64,000 nucleotides of DNA from Macrostomum lignano (Eukaryota). This document shows positions 10,629-20,516 of the stretch, one piece after another. How positions within the stretch are numbered: position 1 is the stretch's first letter; each line of letters opens with the position of its first letter. A program made the translations under genes and the position numbers. The stretch spans positions 192,219-256,218 of the forward strand of contig NIVC01001638.1 in NCBI GenBank assembly GCA_002269645.1. Direction: 5' to 3'. The notes under the pieces were generated by a model that ran no database searches, was not told the origin of the DNA, and saw only the letters and a list, made by a program, of their open reading frames with translations.

Positions 10629-10868
10629 TCACAATTGCTTAATGATTTCTGCAAAGTTATAGTAGCTGTCGTAATCTTTTACGTAGGTTACTCCGTACTT
10701 ATGAAACCAGTGTCTTTGAAGAGCTAGATTAATATTAGGGACATTGATATCAACGCAGGGCCAATATTTTCTCATGTACTCGCTGTATTCCTTCTTGCAT
10801 TGGTACTTACTCTTGTAATTAGGCTCGTGCGCTTTGTAATAAGAACCTGGAGAGACAACTGGAAACAT
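10629..10868 (-). CDS. Small aromatic-rich orphan ORF at the edge of Polinton 1
   Basis: 79 aa, AAAAATG start like the other viral genes, convergent and tightly packed against the mCP stop. Confidence 0.5.
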   Translation of the reverse strand: MFPVVSPGSYYKAHEPNYKSKYQCKKEYSEYMRKYWPCVDINVPNINLALQRHWFHKYGVTYVKDYDSYYNFAEIIKQL

Positions 10869-10984
10869 TTTTAGATAAAAATTAGATTTTTTTTCAAAGG
10901 GTAAGGACCCTGCGCTGATGATTTAAAGTTTTAGGGATCTGGTTTCGCGTTGCAAATTGAATGTGGGGAGAAGAATGCAGATTG

Positions 10985-11280
10985 TTTTCTGATTGTTTCT
11001 GGGTGGATGTCAGTGGATTATGTCAGTGTCAGTGAACATAACAGGTGTTAGTGGACATCTGTTATGCACTGATTCTGTCAGGGATAATATGGATGGATTT
11101 AATAAGATTATGTTCGAAGTTTTCGGAGCAAGTGCGACCCCTCCACTTTTTCATGATTCTGTCGGGGATAATATGGATGGATTTAATGGGATTATGGAGG
11201 ACGTTTTGTGAGCGAGTGCGACCCCCCTTTTTTTCTGATTCTGTCAGGGATAATATGAATGGATTTAGGTGGATTATGGA
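10985..11280. repeat. Degenerate direct repeats (TTCTGTCAGGGATAATATGGATGGATTT x3)
   Basis: Near-copies at ~11073, 11157 and 11239. Confidence 0.7.
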
Positions 11281-11329
11281 GGAAGTGAAAAATTTTGTCC
11301 CAGAAGCCCCCTCATGCCTTCTACTGGTG

Positions 11330-12385
11330 ACTGATCACCTCCCGAATCAACTCTTCAATCAGACTGCCGCGAGAAACTTTCTTGGATCCGACCTACGACA
11401 CTCAGCGAAGCCTTGCGAGCACTGAAGAGGATGGACTAGCCAAAGACCTGGCTCATCCTTCGAACGAGCCCCCGGTCAGAATGTTGGACGGGGAGGGACA
11501 AGCCTCAAAGGAGCCCAACAACAGCGCCCTTTCGAAGTTGGAAAAAGTCGTTGAGCAACAATCTGTAATGATGCAGCAGCAGCAGCATCTACTCAACACG
11601 TTGGCACAGCAGGCCACAGCCGAACACTACCCGAACACTACCCGGAAGAGTATGGCCCCGGAGCCGCGGTAGCTGACTCGTCCGAGTCGTCAGTAATCGA
11701 AGAAACGGTCGATGGAGGTTTCGTGAACGCCTCCTTTGTAAATACAGTCCATGCGCGTGACGCCGATCCATTTATTACAGGACGAGTGGCTCGACGAGAG
11801 GTCGCTTTTCTGCTAGACAGCGGAAGCAGAAGAAACTTCCTCGGAGCGTCCACTTGGGCCGCCATTAGGCGTCGTCCACCACGTTGTATAGTTGCACCTG
11901 CTTACCCTAACCGAGTCGCTATGTACGACGGGACCGAGTTAAGTCTCGCCGCCAAGGTTATCCTATTAGTTGAATTCTGGGACTATGTCGCATAAACCGA
12001 ATTCTTCGTCGCCAAAGGAGACTGTGAAAATCTTTTAGGAATTGATTTCATGCGGAGTCATTGCCAAGGACTAGACTTCCAGCAAGGAATGCTCACATTC
12101 CGACAAGGCACCCGACTTCCCGTACGCTATTCAAGGAGAGAACTGAAGGCCTGCCGAGTGTACGTCGCTGAAAAATGCACTCTGCCGCCTCAATGTTCCT
12201 GCCTCGTCGCCATTAAACTAGCCGAAGGTCATCAGCAGAACTACGGTTCACCGATGATTATCGAACCACTCAAATCAGGACTGCGAGCGAAGCATCACCA
12301 GTTAGACGCAGCCCCGGTCCTGCATACGATGACAGAAGGTCGAGGAGTGATGGAAGTACTTAACCCATCAGATACAGAGGTCCAT
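11330..12385 (+). mobile_element. Ty3/Gypsy gag-end/protease fragment, truncated
   Basis: Retropepsin motif VAFLLDSGSRRNFL ... FFVAKGDCENLLGIDF (one TAA), then the post-protease spacer (LPPQCSCLV...EVLNPSD). Ends abruptly at the left inverted repeat. Confidence 0.75.
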
Positions 12386-12740
12386 CCAATGTGAGAATCG
12401 ATTGGTCTTTTAAAACTTTGCTTGTCCTTTATAGTCTATGGCTCATAGACTAGGCTGAACGCAGCTAGGCCCTTCGTATTCAGCGTAGGCAGGATTCTCA
12501 CTTTGGATGGCTTTATTCTCAGTTAGGCTGACAAAACCAATATTAGTGTAGTAGGCCCTAATAAAACACAGGTAGATACAAGTATAATGCAGACTTACTT
12601 TCAATACATGTGTGTATAAAGCGTAAAGAACATATCAGATTAATGTATAAAGCAGGTTTAAAAAGTCTACTTTCGATACATAGCAGTTTAATGTATAAAG
12701 CAGGTTTACAAAGTCTACTTTCTATACATATCAGATTAAT
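12382..12740 (+). repeat. Left inverted repeat of element 2 (contains 48-bp subrepeats)
   Basis: Reverse complement of 27020-27378 with only a handful of mismatches. AATGTATAAAGCAGG recurs at 12642, 12690 and 12738. Confidence 0.92.
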
Positions 12741-12938
12741 GTATAAAGCAGGCAAACACACAGGTGCAATTTCAACAGACGCATAATTAATGTCTCACCA
12801 ACTAAAGAGTAAATATTGGTGCGATTGTGTAACCAGCAGGCGCACAGCGGTTTAGGGAAACCCCAAAAGGGAGGTTCACGGCCTAATGACCCGATATACT
12901 TTCAACACGATTAAATTGAATGGCGACGCGGGGGCCGG

Positions 12939-13031
12939 AAAAGTCTATAGCCCGCAGGAATCGATCCTGGGTCACCCTGTTTTAAACCACCAGGGTTACC
13001 CCCTAGGCCATTAACCTCCCGGGGACTATAG
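12939..13031 (-). ncRNA. Candidate Pol III tRNA-like/VA-like small RNA (~90 nt)
   Basis: Minus strand: box A-like TGGCCTAGGGG, box B-like GGATCGATTCC, internal hairpin ACCCTG/CAGGGT, 9-bp terminal stem CTATAGTCC/GGGCTATAG, followed by TTTT. Confidence 0.5.
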
Positions 13032-13373
13032 TCTCATTATTGTCAAAAATAGATGGGCAAAAGGGAGGTTTTTACCGCCCGAGCCCTCTCACATGTTCAA
13101 TCGGGTTGAAAGTATTTCAAGTCATTAGGTTGTAAGGTCCATTTGTTTAGGACCGGCCCACCTATATTTCGGGTGGGCAGACTCGAGCCCGGGGCCAGCC
13201 CATTACAGTTTTCGGACCGGCCCCCTCTGGCAATTTCCTCCCTAGGGGCGAGCTATCAGAATTGGTGTTTTAACCCTGTGCATGCGCACATGAGAACCCA
13301 GTTAGCGCCCATTCTAACCTACCCAGTGTACAGTGTCAGGTTCCCCAAACCGCGTACAAAGAGAAATAGCTTA

Positions 13374-13940
13374 TCAGTCAATCTCCATACGCTCCCTCAG
13401 GGCTGTCTCGTACGCGGCCTCTTCCTCCACGCTCTCGAAGCAGTAGTCGGATGACTGCCAATGTGAAAATTATAACATTCTATATAGACAAAATATATGA
13501 AGTACAGATTATACGAAATGTATATATACTGTAATATCTTACCAAATCTAAATCGTCCTCCAGCCGCCACAGACGTAGAGACGCTGTATAGCGCACCAGC
13601 GAAAGGTGCTCCTCCCAGTTGGAGGGCCAGATAGCTGCAGCAGGCTCATCCCAAGCAGTCGGGCGCGCTCCCGGGCCAGCCAGGTACGCCTCCGAGTCGG
13701 GGGCATGCGAATTGCGCCCCATTAGCCAATCCTGGTGTAACGTCTCCGCCTCCAACACCTCCCGTAGGCAGGCCCCCCTCGAAACCAAAGTATCGAGAAC
13801 CTGATTAAATGCTCTGACAAAGGTGTCTTGGGAGGGCAGGCCGCCAGGGTGGCGAGACCTCAGCCAGTCGATATCCCCGCGGAAAAACGAGGCAACGATG
13901 CGTGGAAAGTGTGGTGGGCGTGTCCTCGCGGCTAAGCTAC
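13374..13940 (-). CDS. Last two exons of a spliced gene of unknown function in element 2
   Basis: Open frame ...FPRIVASFFRGDIDWLRSRHPGG...LRLWRLEDDLDL, GTAAG donor (13542), 88-nt intron, CAG acceptor (13455), phase-0 exon SSDYCFESVEEEAAYETALRERMEID*. 5' end not found. Confidence 0.62.
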
Positions 13941-14051
13941 TGGTTTTCTATTTGCTACTAAGGATTTTACTAGTGGATTATTATCTGCTGTACTGATTTG
14001 AGATTTGGTAGAATCGCTGCCACCAGGCTTCCTGTTCCCTAGTCCTATTAT

Positions 14052-14467
14052 TGTAGAGACAAAGGATTGACTCAGGAAAACCGAATTGTTTAACAAAAGT
14101 TTTATACTTCAAAAGAAAACAAAATGAAAAATAGCATGCAATGGTTGGTGCAAAATGTCAGGCATCGACTACCTGTAGGTGTACTGCTTCGGCATCAACT
14201 ACCTCGACAGTTTTACTTAAATTTTTCCCAATATTCCCTGTCTCTTACCTTCCTAATTTCTGAGATCTGCCGCCAGCCAGCGAAAATAAAACTAACTAAC
14301 AAGTCTGCTTTCCCAAGCCCCAAACTGTTCTATACTTCTAGAGAATCCCGAAAACTAGCGATTTTCCCCCACTCTAATTACTTTCCCAAACCTAAACTAC
14401 TGACAGTAGGCAAAAAGCATATCTGCTTCGCTACTAACTCCCGTTCCTAAAATAATGCCCTACTACA
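14052..14467 (-). repeat. 3' LTR of nested Gypsy element (416 bp)
   Basis: TGTAG...CTACA termini; polypurine tract AGGGGGGAGG immediately precedes TG on the minus strand (plus 14468-14477). Confidence 0.7.
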
Positions 14468-15038
14468 CCTCCCCCCTACTTTTAAAAGTTTGCAATCCCC
14501 ATTGCATACTTTCCTTCTTATTAGTTCGTGTATATTTGATAAATGTTATTATAATGGCGCGTGCAAGATGGCGTATTGAGCTGGATATAATTGATAAAAT
14601 TGTACTAATAATAGGTACCATTACAGTTGTGAACAAAAGAAAATATGTATGGCTATATAAGGAATAATGTCACGTTAGCGCTGGAGAGATTTAGGCACAG
14701 ATCATAGCTAATAACAGAATTGATAAAAAAATTGGTGATGACACACAGGTAATGCACGTATGAATTGGCAACAGTATAGAAAATAATTTTTATCAGGCAC
14801 AATTAATAGGCATAATTGCACTTTCTAAACGATAAGTGTAGCTAGTTAACATCATAAATGTAAAATGTAGATATTTATTAACGCAGAATAATAATAGGCC
14901 TAATTGGACTGTCCTGTAGAATAACTAGATAAACTATTAATGTATGCGTATTTATTTGTTAAGCATGCATAAAGAAAAGCATACCGGCTCAAATCCAAAA
15001 TGTAATTGTTTATGCTAATCTCAGCGTAACTACTTGGT

Positions 15039-15896
15039 TCAGTCATTACGTTCATCCTCTAGCCTCCTGCTTCTGGGGGGTACCAATAGGTACATCAGCC
15101 CATTAATGGGGATATTCGTGGCCTTGAACTGGTACCGGATGTCATCTAACATCTCAAACATGGCCCGCTCTCGCCAGGGCCCTCCGGCGCGCCGCTCGGC
15201 CTCTTGCAGTACGTAGGTAGTGGCCACCTCGTAACTAGCCGTTGCTTCTTCTTCGGATGCCATCCCTAAGAACTCCTGGCAGGCCGTCGGTAGTTGATGG
15301 TTCCACTGCCCAGTCCTGCCGCTGGATAGAATGGCCTTCTTTAAGGCTTTCGTGCTGGCCTTGAAAAGCTGCTTAAAGGCCTCCTCGTTCCGCTTCGGGG
15401 GCTCGGATTCTCGTGGCGCCGCAATCGGCCATTTTACTTGACCAAAGGGGTTCGGCAGCAGCTGGAATTTTGGCATCGGCGGTTCTGTTGCAGCTGCCAC
15501 TGGCGCGCCTGAGCCAGCCGACCCTTCTTCGTGTTCTTCCTCCTGCGGCTTCGTCTCCTTTTCTTCATTAGACTGCTGTTCCGTCTCATCTTCTTCATCT
15601 TCTACCTTTCGTTCTACATGTTGGACCAAGTCCTCCATAAACTGCTCTATCTCCCTTCTCAGCTCCTCTTCTCGCGTCGCCGTTCCTAATGCCTCGAAAT
15701 CGATGTCGATTTGTAACTCTCTGTGGACTTCTCCCTCCTCCTCCTGCTGCCGGTCCAATTTCTGCCTTTTATACGTTTCTCCACATTCTGCCAACTGCAC
15801 TGCCCTAATTCGCGGGGGCTCGTTCTCTTCTCGACTAGTTCTGCGCTGGCCGTAGATTCTCTTCCTAGGGTACACGCGCAATGGTGCGTCGGCCAT
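15039..15896 (-). CDS. Extra ORF downstream of Gypsy pol, unknown function (acidic/coiled-coil, basic N-terminus)
   Basis: Intact 285-aa ATG ORF between pol and PPT. No signal peptide or TM segment, so not env-like. Confidence 0.6.
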   Translation of the reverse strand: MADAPLRVYPRKRIYGQRRTSREENEPPRIRAVQLAECGETYKRQKLDRQQEEEGEVHRELQIDIDFEALGTATREEELRREIEQFMEDLVQHVERKVEDEEDETEQQSNEEKETKPQEEEHEEGSAGSGAPVAAATEPPMPKFQLLPNPFGQVKWPIAAPRESEPPKRNEEAFKQLFKASTKALKKAILSSGRTGQWNHQLPTACQEFLGMASEEEATASYEVATTYVLQEAERRAGGPWRERAMFEMLDDIRYQFKATNIPINGLMYLLVPPRSRRLEDERND

Positions 15897-16098
15897 AGTT
15901 ATTCAGATTTGAGCTGCAAGAGGTTGAATGGATTAAACAACGCCGCTATCCTCTGTACATAACTCTTCTGGTTCGGCCTGACAGTTAATCTATCCGGAGC
16001 ATGACGCTTTCTGGCTGGCCTAGCTTCTAAATTAATCCCTAGATTATTGTTATTATTTAATTGTACTGGCATAACTCCTTGTACACCTACTAAATTAT

Positions 16099-19000
16099 TT
16101 AGATTATTATTTTGATGCTGCACTTGTTGATTTGGCACTGACTGCACATTATTTGATGTTGCACTGGCATTAACTGCTCATTATTTTGATGTTGCACTGG
16201 CATAAATTGCACTGCGTCCTCGTACTCGTCGTCGCTTTCTGAGTCACTGTACACATTCGGCTGAATATTGGCTAGCTGTTCCCTATTGCACTGCTTCTTT
16301 TGTTCCTTTGGCTTAGTACGAGCTTCTTCCTCCTGATAATCTGCTTGCGGTACTTTCATTAAATTGTCTCTATGCATGATAAGTTCTTCCTTCCTAGCCT
16401 TCTTGTTTTTGGTGACTGGTCTAATCTTAAAGACTACTTCTGATAATTGTTCTACAATTTCGTAAACTGCCCTTTGCTTTCTGTGAAATTTGTTAGCCTC
16501 TGTGTTAGCAATTACTGGATTATTGATAAATACTAAGCTTCCTACAGGCAATGTTTCCGGCTTAGGCTTGTTAGAGTACTCCTGCTCACGGTTTTGCTGC
16601 ACTAATTTTAATCTCTTTCTTGCTAGTTCTTGGCCTTCCTGCAGATTCTGCTGATGTTCCTGGACATAAGATGGCAGGTCCTGAAACTGCTTTGGCTCGT
16701 TCAGCTCATTGTCACAGGGCATTCTGGCCTCTCGTCCAAAGATTAAATAGTGCGGACTAAATCCTGTGGCAGTGTGCGTGCTGGTTCTCAGAGCTGTTAT
16801 GCAACCTGGCAACAGAACGTCCCAGTTGGAATGCTCCTTCTCCAGTAAACAGGTGAGAATTGATTTAATCTGCTTATTAAGGTTTTCTACTAAGCCATTG
16901 CTCTGCGGATGATAACTAGTTGTTCGAGTGTGTCTAATGCCATAGAGGTCTAAAAATTTCTTAAAGGCCCTACCAGTGAACTGTGTTCCCTGGTCTGTGT
17001 GAATCCACTGTGGAATCCCAAAATCAGCGAAAACTCGTTCTTGTAGAATTTTGATAACTGTTTTAGCCTTCTGATTCCTAATTGCGAATGCGAATGGAAA
17101 TTTGCTAGTGCTGTCTATGACTGAAAGTACATATTTGTTGCCTGATTTGCTGGTTTGGCCAATAGGTCCTATTAGATCTATGTGCAATCTACCGAACGGT
17201 TCGACTACAGGATAGTTCTGAATTGGTGCCTTAATTCTTCGTCTAGTTTTGCTTTCTAGGCATGATTTACATTTGGCTACGTAGCGCTCAACTGCTGTTG
17301 CTAATCCTGGCCTCCAAAATCGAATTTTAATCCTCTGATAAGTTTTATCTCGACCTAGGTGTCCCGCTAACGGTGAATCATGGAATTGGTGAAAGATTTC
17401 ACTATCCAGAGACTTGGGCAACACTACCTTTGGATCAGTCTGCCCCATAGATAAGTCTACTTTGAGTACACCGTCCTCAATTCTGAGCAACTCATAGTAA
17501 CCTAAGAGGTTCCTACAGTCGTGGGTTAACTCTAGTCGTTCTTGAAATGTCGGTTTAGGCGAGTCATTCTCAATTAAATTTCTAACAAAGCCTACCGCCG
17601 GATCGGCTAGCTGTGCTGCGATCAATTGGTCACGGCGAACTGGGCTACGGAGATAGTCACTGAGCAGGGCATTGCATGCAGGCGGATTTCCGGTTTTAGG
17701 CTCCTGTCCCTGTCTATTGTCTAGCCTACTGCTACTAAAGATCGGAGTATTGTGTCGGTTCGTGACAGTGTCTTGTGACGAACAGCATGACGGAACTCCA
17801 CTGCTCGAGCTACAGGTTTCAGCGAACGCGGAATTGCCTGAGCTGACAGTAAAAGCTGATGCTGGGTCTGTATTCACTGTTGCCCTACAGCTTAGCGACC
17901 TGGCATGTGGGGACATCTCTTCCGGTTGAGGATCAGGGATCCTGGATAGGGCGTCAGCATTCACATGTTTAGGGCCACTTCTATGTTCTATCTCAAAATC
18001 AAATTCGGAAAGTCTTTCGATCCAACGACCTAAAATGCCTGTCTGTTCGGTTTGGCGAAGCAACCAGGTTAGGGCATTGTGATCAGTGCGCACCTTAAAA
18101 TGTTTTCCTACGAGGTAAAATCTAAAATACTTCAGCGAGTCAACAATCGCTAGAAGCTCCTTCCTCGTAATCGGATATCTAGTTTCTGACTGCCTCATCT
18201 TCCGACTATAATAAGCGATCGGCCTTTCAATGCCGTCGTTCTGTACTTGATTCAAGACCGCCCCAATTCTGACATCTGATGCATCAGTGTCTAACACAAA
18301 ATAAACTTGGGGGTCTGTATTGAACTCTGGGTAAGCAAGCACTTCTTCGGAACACATCCGTTCCTTCAACAATTCGAAGCATTCATCATGAATCCTGGTC
18401 CATTTGTCCTGGATACATTTGATGTTCTTCTTGGTTAACTCACAGAGTGGTACTGCTACCTCGGCAAAATCTCTAACGAATTTTCTATAGTAATTACAGA
18501 GTCCGAGAAAACTTCGAAGCTCTGTTACAGATTTAGGTTTCGGCCAGTTCCTAATTGCTTCTAATTTTGACGCATCTCTCTTAATTCCTGCTTTGCCTAT
18601 GACGTGTCCTAAATATTGTAGCTCTGATTTGAAAAGGTGACATTTCTTAGCCTTTAGTTTCATGTTAGCTTGTATTAGTCTCTTGAGCACTTCTTTCAGG
18701 TGTTCTAAATGCGATTCAAAGTCTGCACTATAAACTATTACATCGTCTAAGTAAGCTATAGCGAACTTCTGTGCAATGTCCTTAAGAACTAAGTTCATGC
18801 ACCTTTGAAAAGTTCCTGGAGCTCCTTGCAATCCCATTGGCAATACTTCGTACTCAAACGAGCCTCGATGTAAAGTTGGAAAGCTAGTCTTGCACTTATC
18901 TTCTTCCCTAAGAGCTATCTGATAATATCCCGAAAATAGATCTAACGTAGAAAATTGACTGGCTCCATGGAGACATGAAAATTTTTCATTGATATTAGTT

Positions 19001-19389
19001 ATTGGATACGGAAAGTACTCCGCTTTATTGTTTAGTGCTCGATAGTCGTTGACTAATCTCAGCGAACCATCTTTCTTAGGTACTATGACTAATGGAGTCG
19101 AGTACTGCGAGTAACTAGGCCTAATGATGCCTCTAGCCAACATGAGATCTAACTGCTCATCTACCTCCTTGATCCAATGAGGTGGAATTTTCCTAGCTGG
19201 TATCTGAACTGGGTTGTTGTCCTTCAAGATAATCTCATGAGTGACTAAATGCGTTCTGCCTAAGTCTAACTCGTGCTGCGAGAAAGCTGCTGAATGTTCC
19301 TTGACGACCTCGATCACCTTCTGTCTCTGTTCCTGAGTCAGTTCAGTTCCTATGTTAATCTCACTAATCCACTTAGCAACGGCAAGCAA
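16099..19389 (-). CDS. pol: Gypsy pol (RT, RNase H, integrase), lacking protease
   Basis: PLVIVPKKDGSLRLVNDYRALN, LDLFSGYYQI, MGLQGAP, AYLDDV, LDTDAS..IGAVL, TDHNAL, HDSPLAGHLG..C..C, LHIDLIGP, HTDQGTQF, GLVEN. Confidence 0.95.
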   Translation of the reverse strand: MLAVAKWISEINIGTELTQEQRQKVIEVVKEHSAAFSQHELDLGRTHLVTHEIILKDNNPVQIPARKIPPHWIKEVDEQLDLMLARGIIRPSYSQYSTPLVIVPKKDGSLRLVNDYRALNNKAEYFPYPITNINEKFSCLHGASQFSTLDLFSGYYQIALREEDKCKTSFPTLHRGSFEYEVLPMGLQGAPGTFQRCMNLVLKDIAQKFAIAYLDDVIVYSADFESHLEHLKEVLKRLIQANMKLKAKKCHLFKSELQYLGHVIGKAGIKRDASKLEAIRNWPKPKSVTELRSFLGLCNYYRKFVRDFAEVAVPLCELTKKNIKCIQDKWTRIHDECFELLKERMCSEEVLAYPEFNTDPQVYFVLDTDASDVRIGAVLNQVQNDGIERPIAYYSRKMRQSETRYPITRKELLAIVDSLKYFRFYLVGKHFKVRTDHNALTWLLRQTEQTGILGRWIERLSEFDFEIEHRSGPKHVNADALSRIPDPQPEEMSPHARSLSCRATVNTDPASAFTVSSGNSAFAETCSSSSGVPSCCSSQDTVTNRHNTPIFSSSRLDNRQGQEPKTGNPPACNALLSDYLRSPVRRDQLIAAQLADPAVGFVRNLIENDSPKPTFQERLELTHDCRNLLGYYELLRIEDGVLKVDLSMGQTDPKVVLPKSLDSEIFHQFHDSPLAGHLGRDKTYQRIKIRFWRPGLATAVERYVAKCKSCLESKTRRRIKAPIQNYPVVEPFGRLHIDLIGPIGQTSKSGNKYVLSVIDSTSKFPFAFAIRNQKAKTVIKILQERVFADFGIPQWIHTDQGTQFTGRAFKKFLDLYGIRHTRTTSYHPQSNGLVENLNKQIKSILTCLLEKEHSNWDVLLPGCITALRTSTHTATGFSPHYLIFGREARMPCDNELNEPKQFQDLPSYVQEHQQNLQEGQELARKRLKLVQQNREQEYSNKPKPETLPVGSLVFINNPVIANTEANKFHRKQRAVYEIVEQLSEVVFKIRPVTKNKKARKEELIMHRDNLMKVPQADYQEEEARTKPKEQKKQCNREQLANIQPNVYSDSESDDEYEDAVQFMPVQHQNNEQLMPVQHQIMCSQCQINKCSIKIII

Positions 19390-19866
19390 GAGGATTTGTC
19401 CTGAACAAGGTCACAGCCTCAACTCTAGCACAGTCATAACTCATAAGCCTTGAGCTAGTTGGTTGGTAGGCACACCAACCCCTTTTTTATGGTAGCGGGG
19501 GGCAGCCCTGAAGCGCATTAGCTAAGTTAGGAAGTGTTCCCGCTTCTACCGAGACCTCTTTCCTACTGTTCGTTATCCCTTTCCCCTTCATCGATCCAGT
19601 CTTCTTGTGCGGTCCCGGCCTTCTCCGGCTTTCGTCTCCAGGCGGGGTCCAGGTCAACTCCTCATCAGTCTCCCCCGCGGGCCGGTTCCAACCAGTTCCA
19701 GTTTTGCTGTCGGTCCGGGCCGCGTTCGCACTGTAATGAAAGGGTGAGCTCCGGGCGTGTCCTCATCTAACCTCTCTGCTTTCAGTTGCTTGCCCTCTCT
19801 ACTGTTGCTATTTTCTGCCTGATTTTATCCTAGAGCTCTCTTGAATTCGTTTCAGATTTCTAAGTC

Positions 19867-20400
19867 TTATAGAAAGCGCTCGCGAGCCATGGCAATCTCC
19901 CCAGGCACGTCCTCGTCCTCATCGTCGAAGAGAAGGAGCGTAGCGGCTGATGATATTGAGGCCCGGCGGGAGGCAGTCGAAGCAGAGGCGGCAGCAGCGG
20001 AAACGGGCGCTGCAGAGACGGGCGCAGCAGAGACAGAGGCGGCAGCAGCGGAGCCAGAGACAGGCGCGGCAGAGGCAGAGACAGGACCGGCTGTGGTCAG
20101 CTCCTCAACAGAGACCTCAAAGAGGGTGGCTGAGGCGGCAGTCAAATCGGAGGCAGTAGCAGCAGGGGCGCCGTTCACAACCCCTCCAATAGCCAGCAGC
20201 GGGAGGTCGAAAACTTCAGACTCGGTGTCACGATCATAGGCCATAGCCCAAGCTAAATATTGATCAACCTCCCAATTATCAGTTCCGTTGTTTTCAGTGC
20301 CTAGGGGGACTATGTGTTCGGGGATATCACCGTCGAGGCTAGTTAACTCTTCAGTCGGGCGATTTTTATCCCAGAGGTTGGATAGAGCTCGGCGGGACAT
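19867..20400 (-). CDS. Acidic, Ala/Ser-rich hypothetical protein of element 2
   Basis: 177-aa ATG ORF with TATA-like TATATAAT ~70 nt upstream; same orientation as the neighbouring PC4-like ORF. Confidence 0.5.
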   Translation of the reverse strand: MSRRALSNLWDKNRPTEELTSLDGDIPEHIVPLGTENNGTDNWEVDQYLAWAMAYDRDTESEVFDLPLLAIGGVVNGAPAATASDLTAASATLFEVSVEELTTAGPVSASAAPVSGSAAAASVSAAPVSAAPVSAAAASASTASRRASISSAATLLLFDDEDEDVPGEIAMARERFL

Positions 20401-20516
20401 GTTGGAATCAACAGAGAGTAAAGTATCAGAGCAAGGATGGGGTTTGGCTCTCTGGAGAGAGAGGAAACACTAATTATATAGTAGGTCCAAGTGAGGTGGT
20501 GTGAGCCAATAGGAAA

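Larger units (their letters stand above)
1..10900. mobile_element. Endogenous Polinton/Maverick (adintovirus-like) element 1, left end outside window, partly decayed
   Basis: Compact cluster of INT, pPolB fragments, adenain-like protease, A32/FtsK-like ATPase, and double-jelly-roll-type MCP and mCP ORFs with A-rich AAAAATG starts. Right terminus/TIR not identified. Confidence 0.93.
14052..19390 (-). mobile_element. Ty3/Gypsy LTR retrotransposon, 5' part (5' LTR, gag, protease) missing
   Basis: RT-RNaseH-integrase order, extra 3' ORF, PPT and LTR. Confidence 0.9.

Noticed and set aside
10900-11300. Right TIR of Polinton 1
   Set aside because: The left end is off-window and no (AGT)n or (AG)n terminus or TSD can be recognised.
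12558-12761. ORF CIESRLCKPALY (and its copy at 26996-27202)
   Set aside because: Translation of the 48-bp subrepeats in the inverted repeats.
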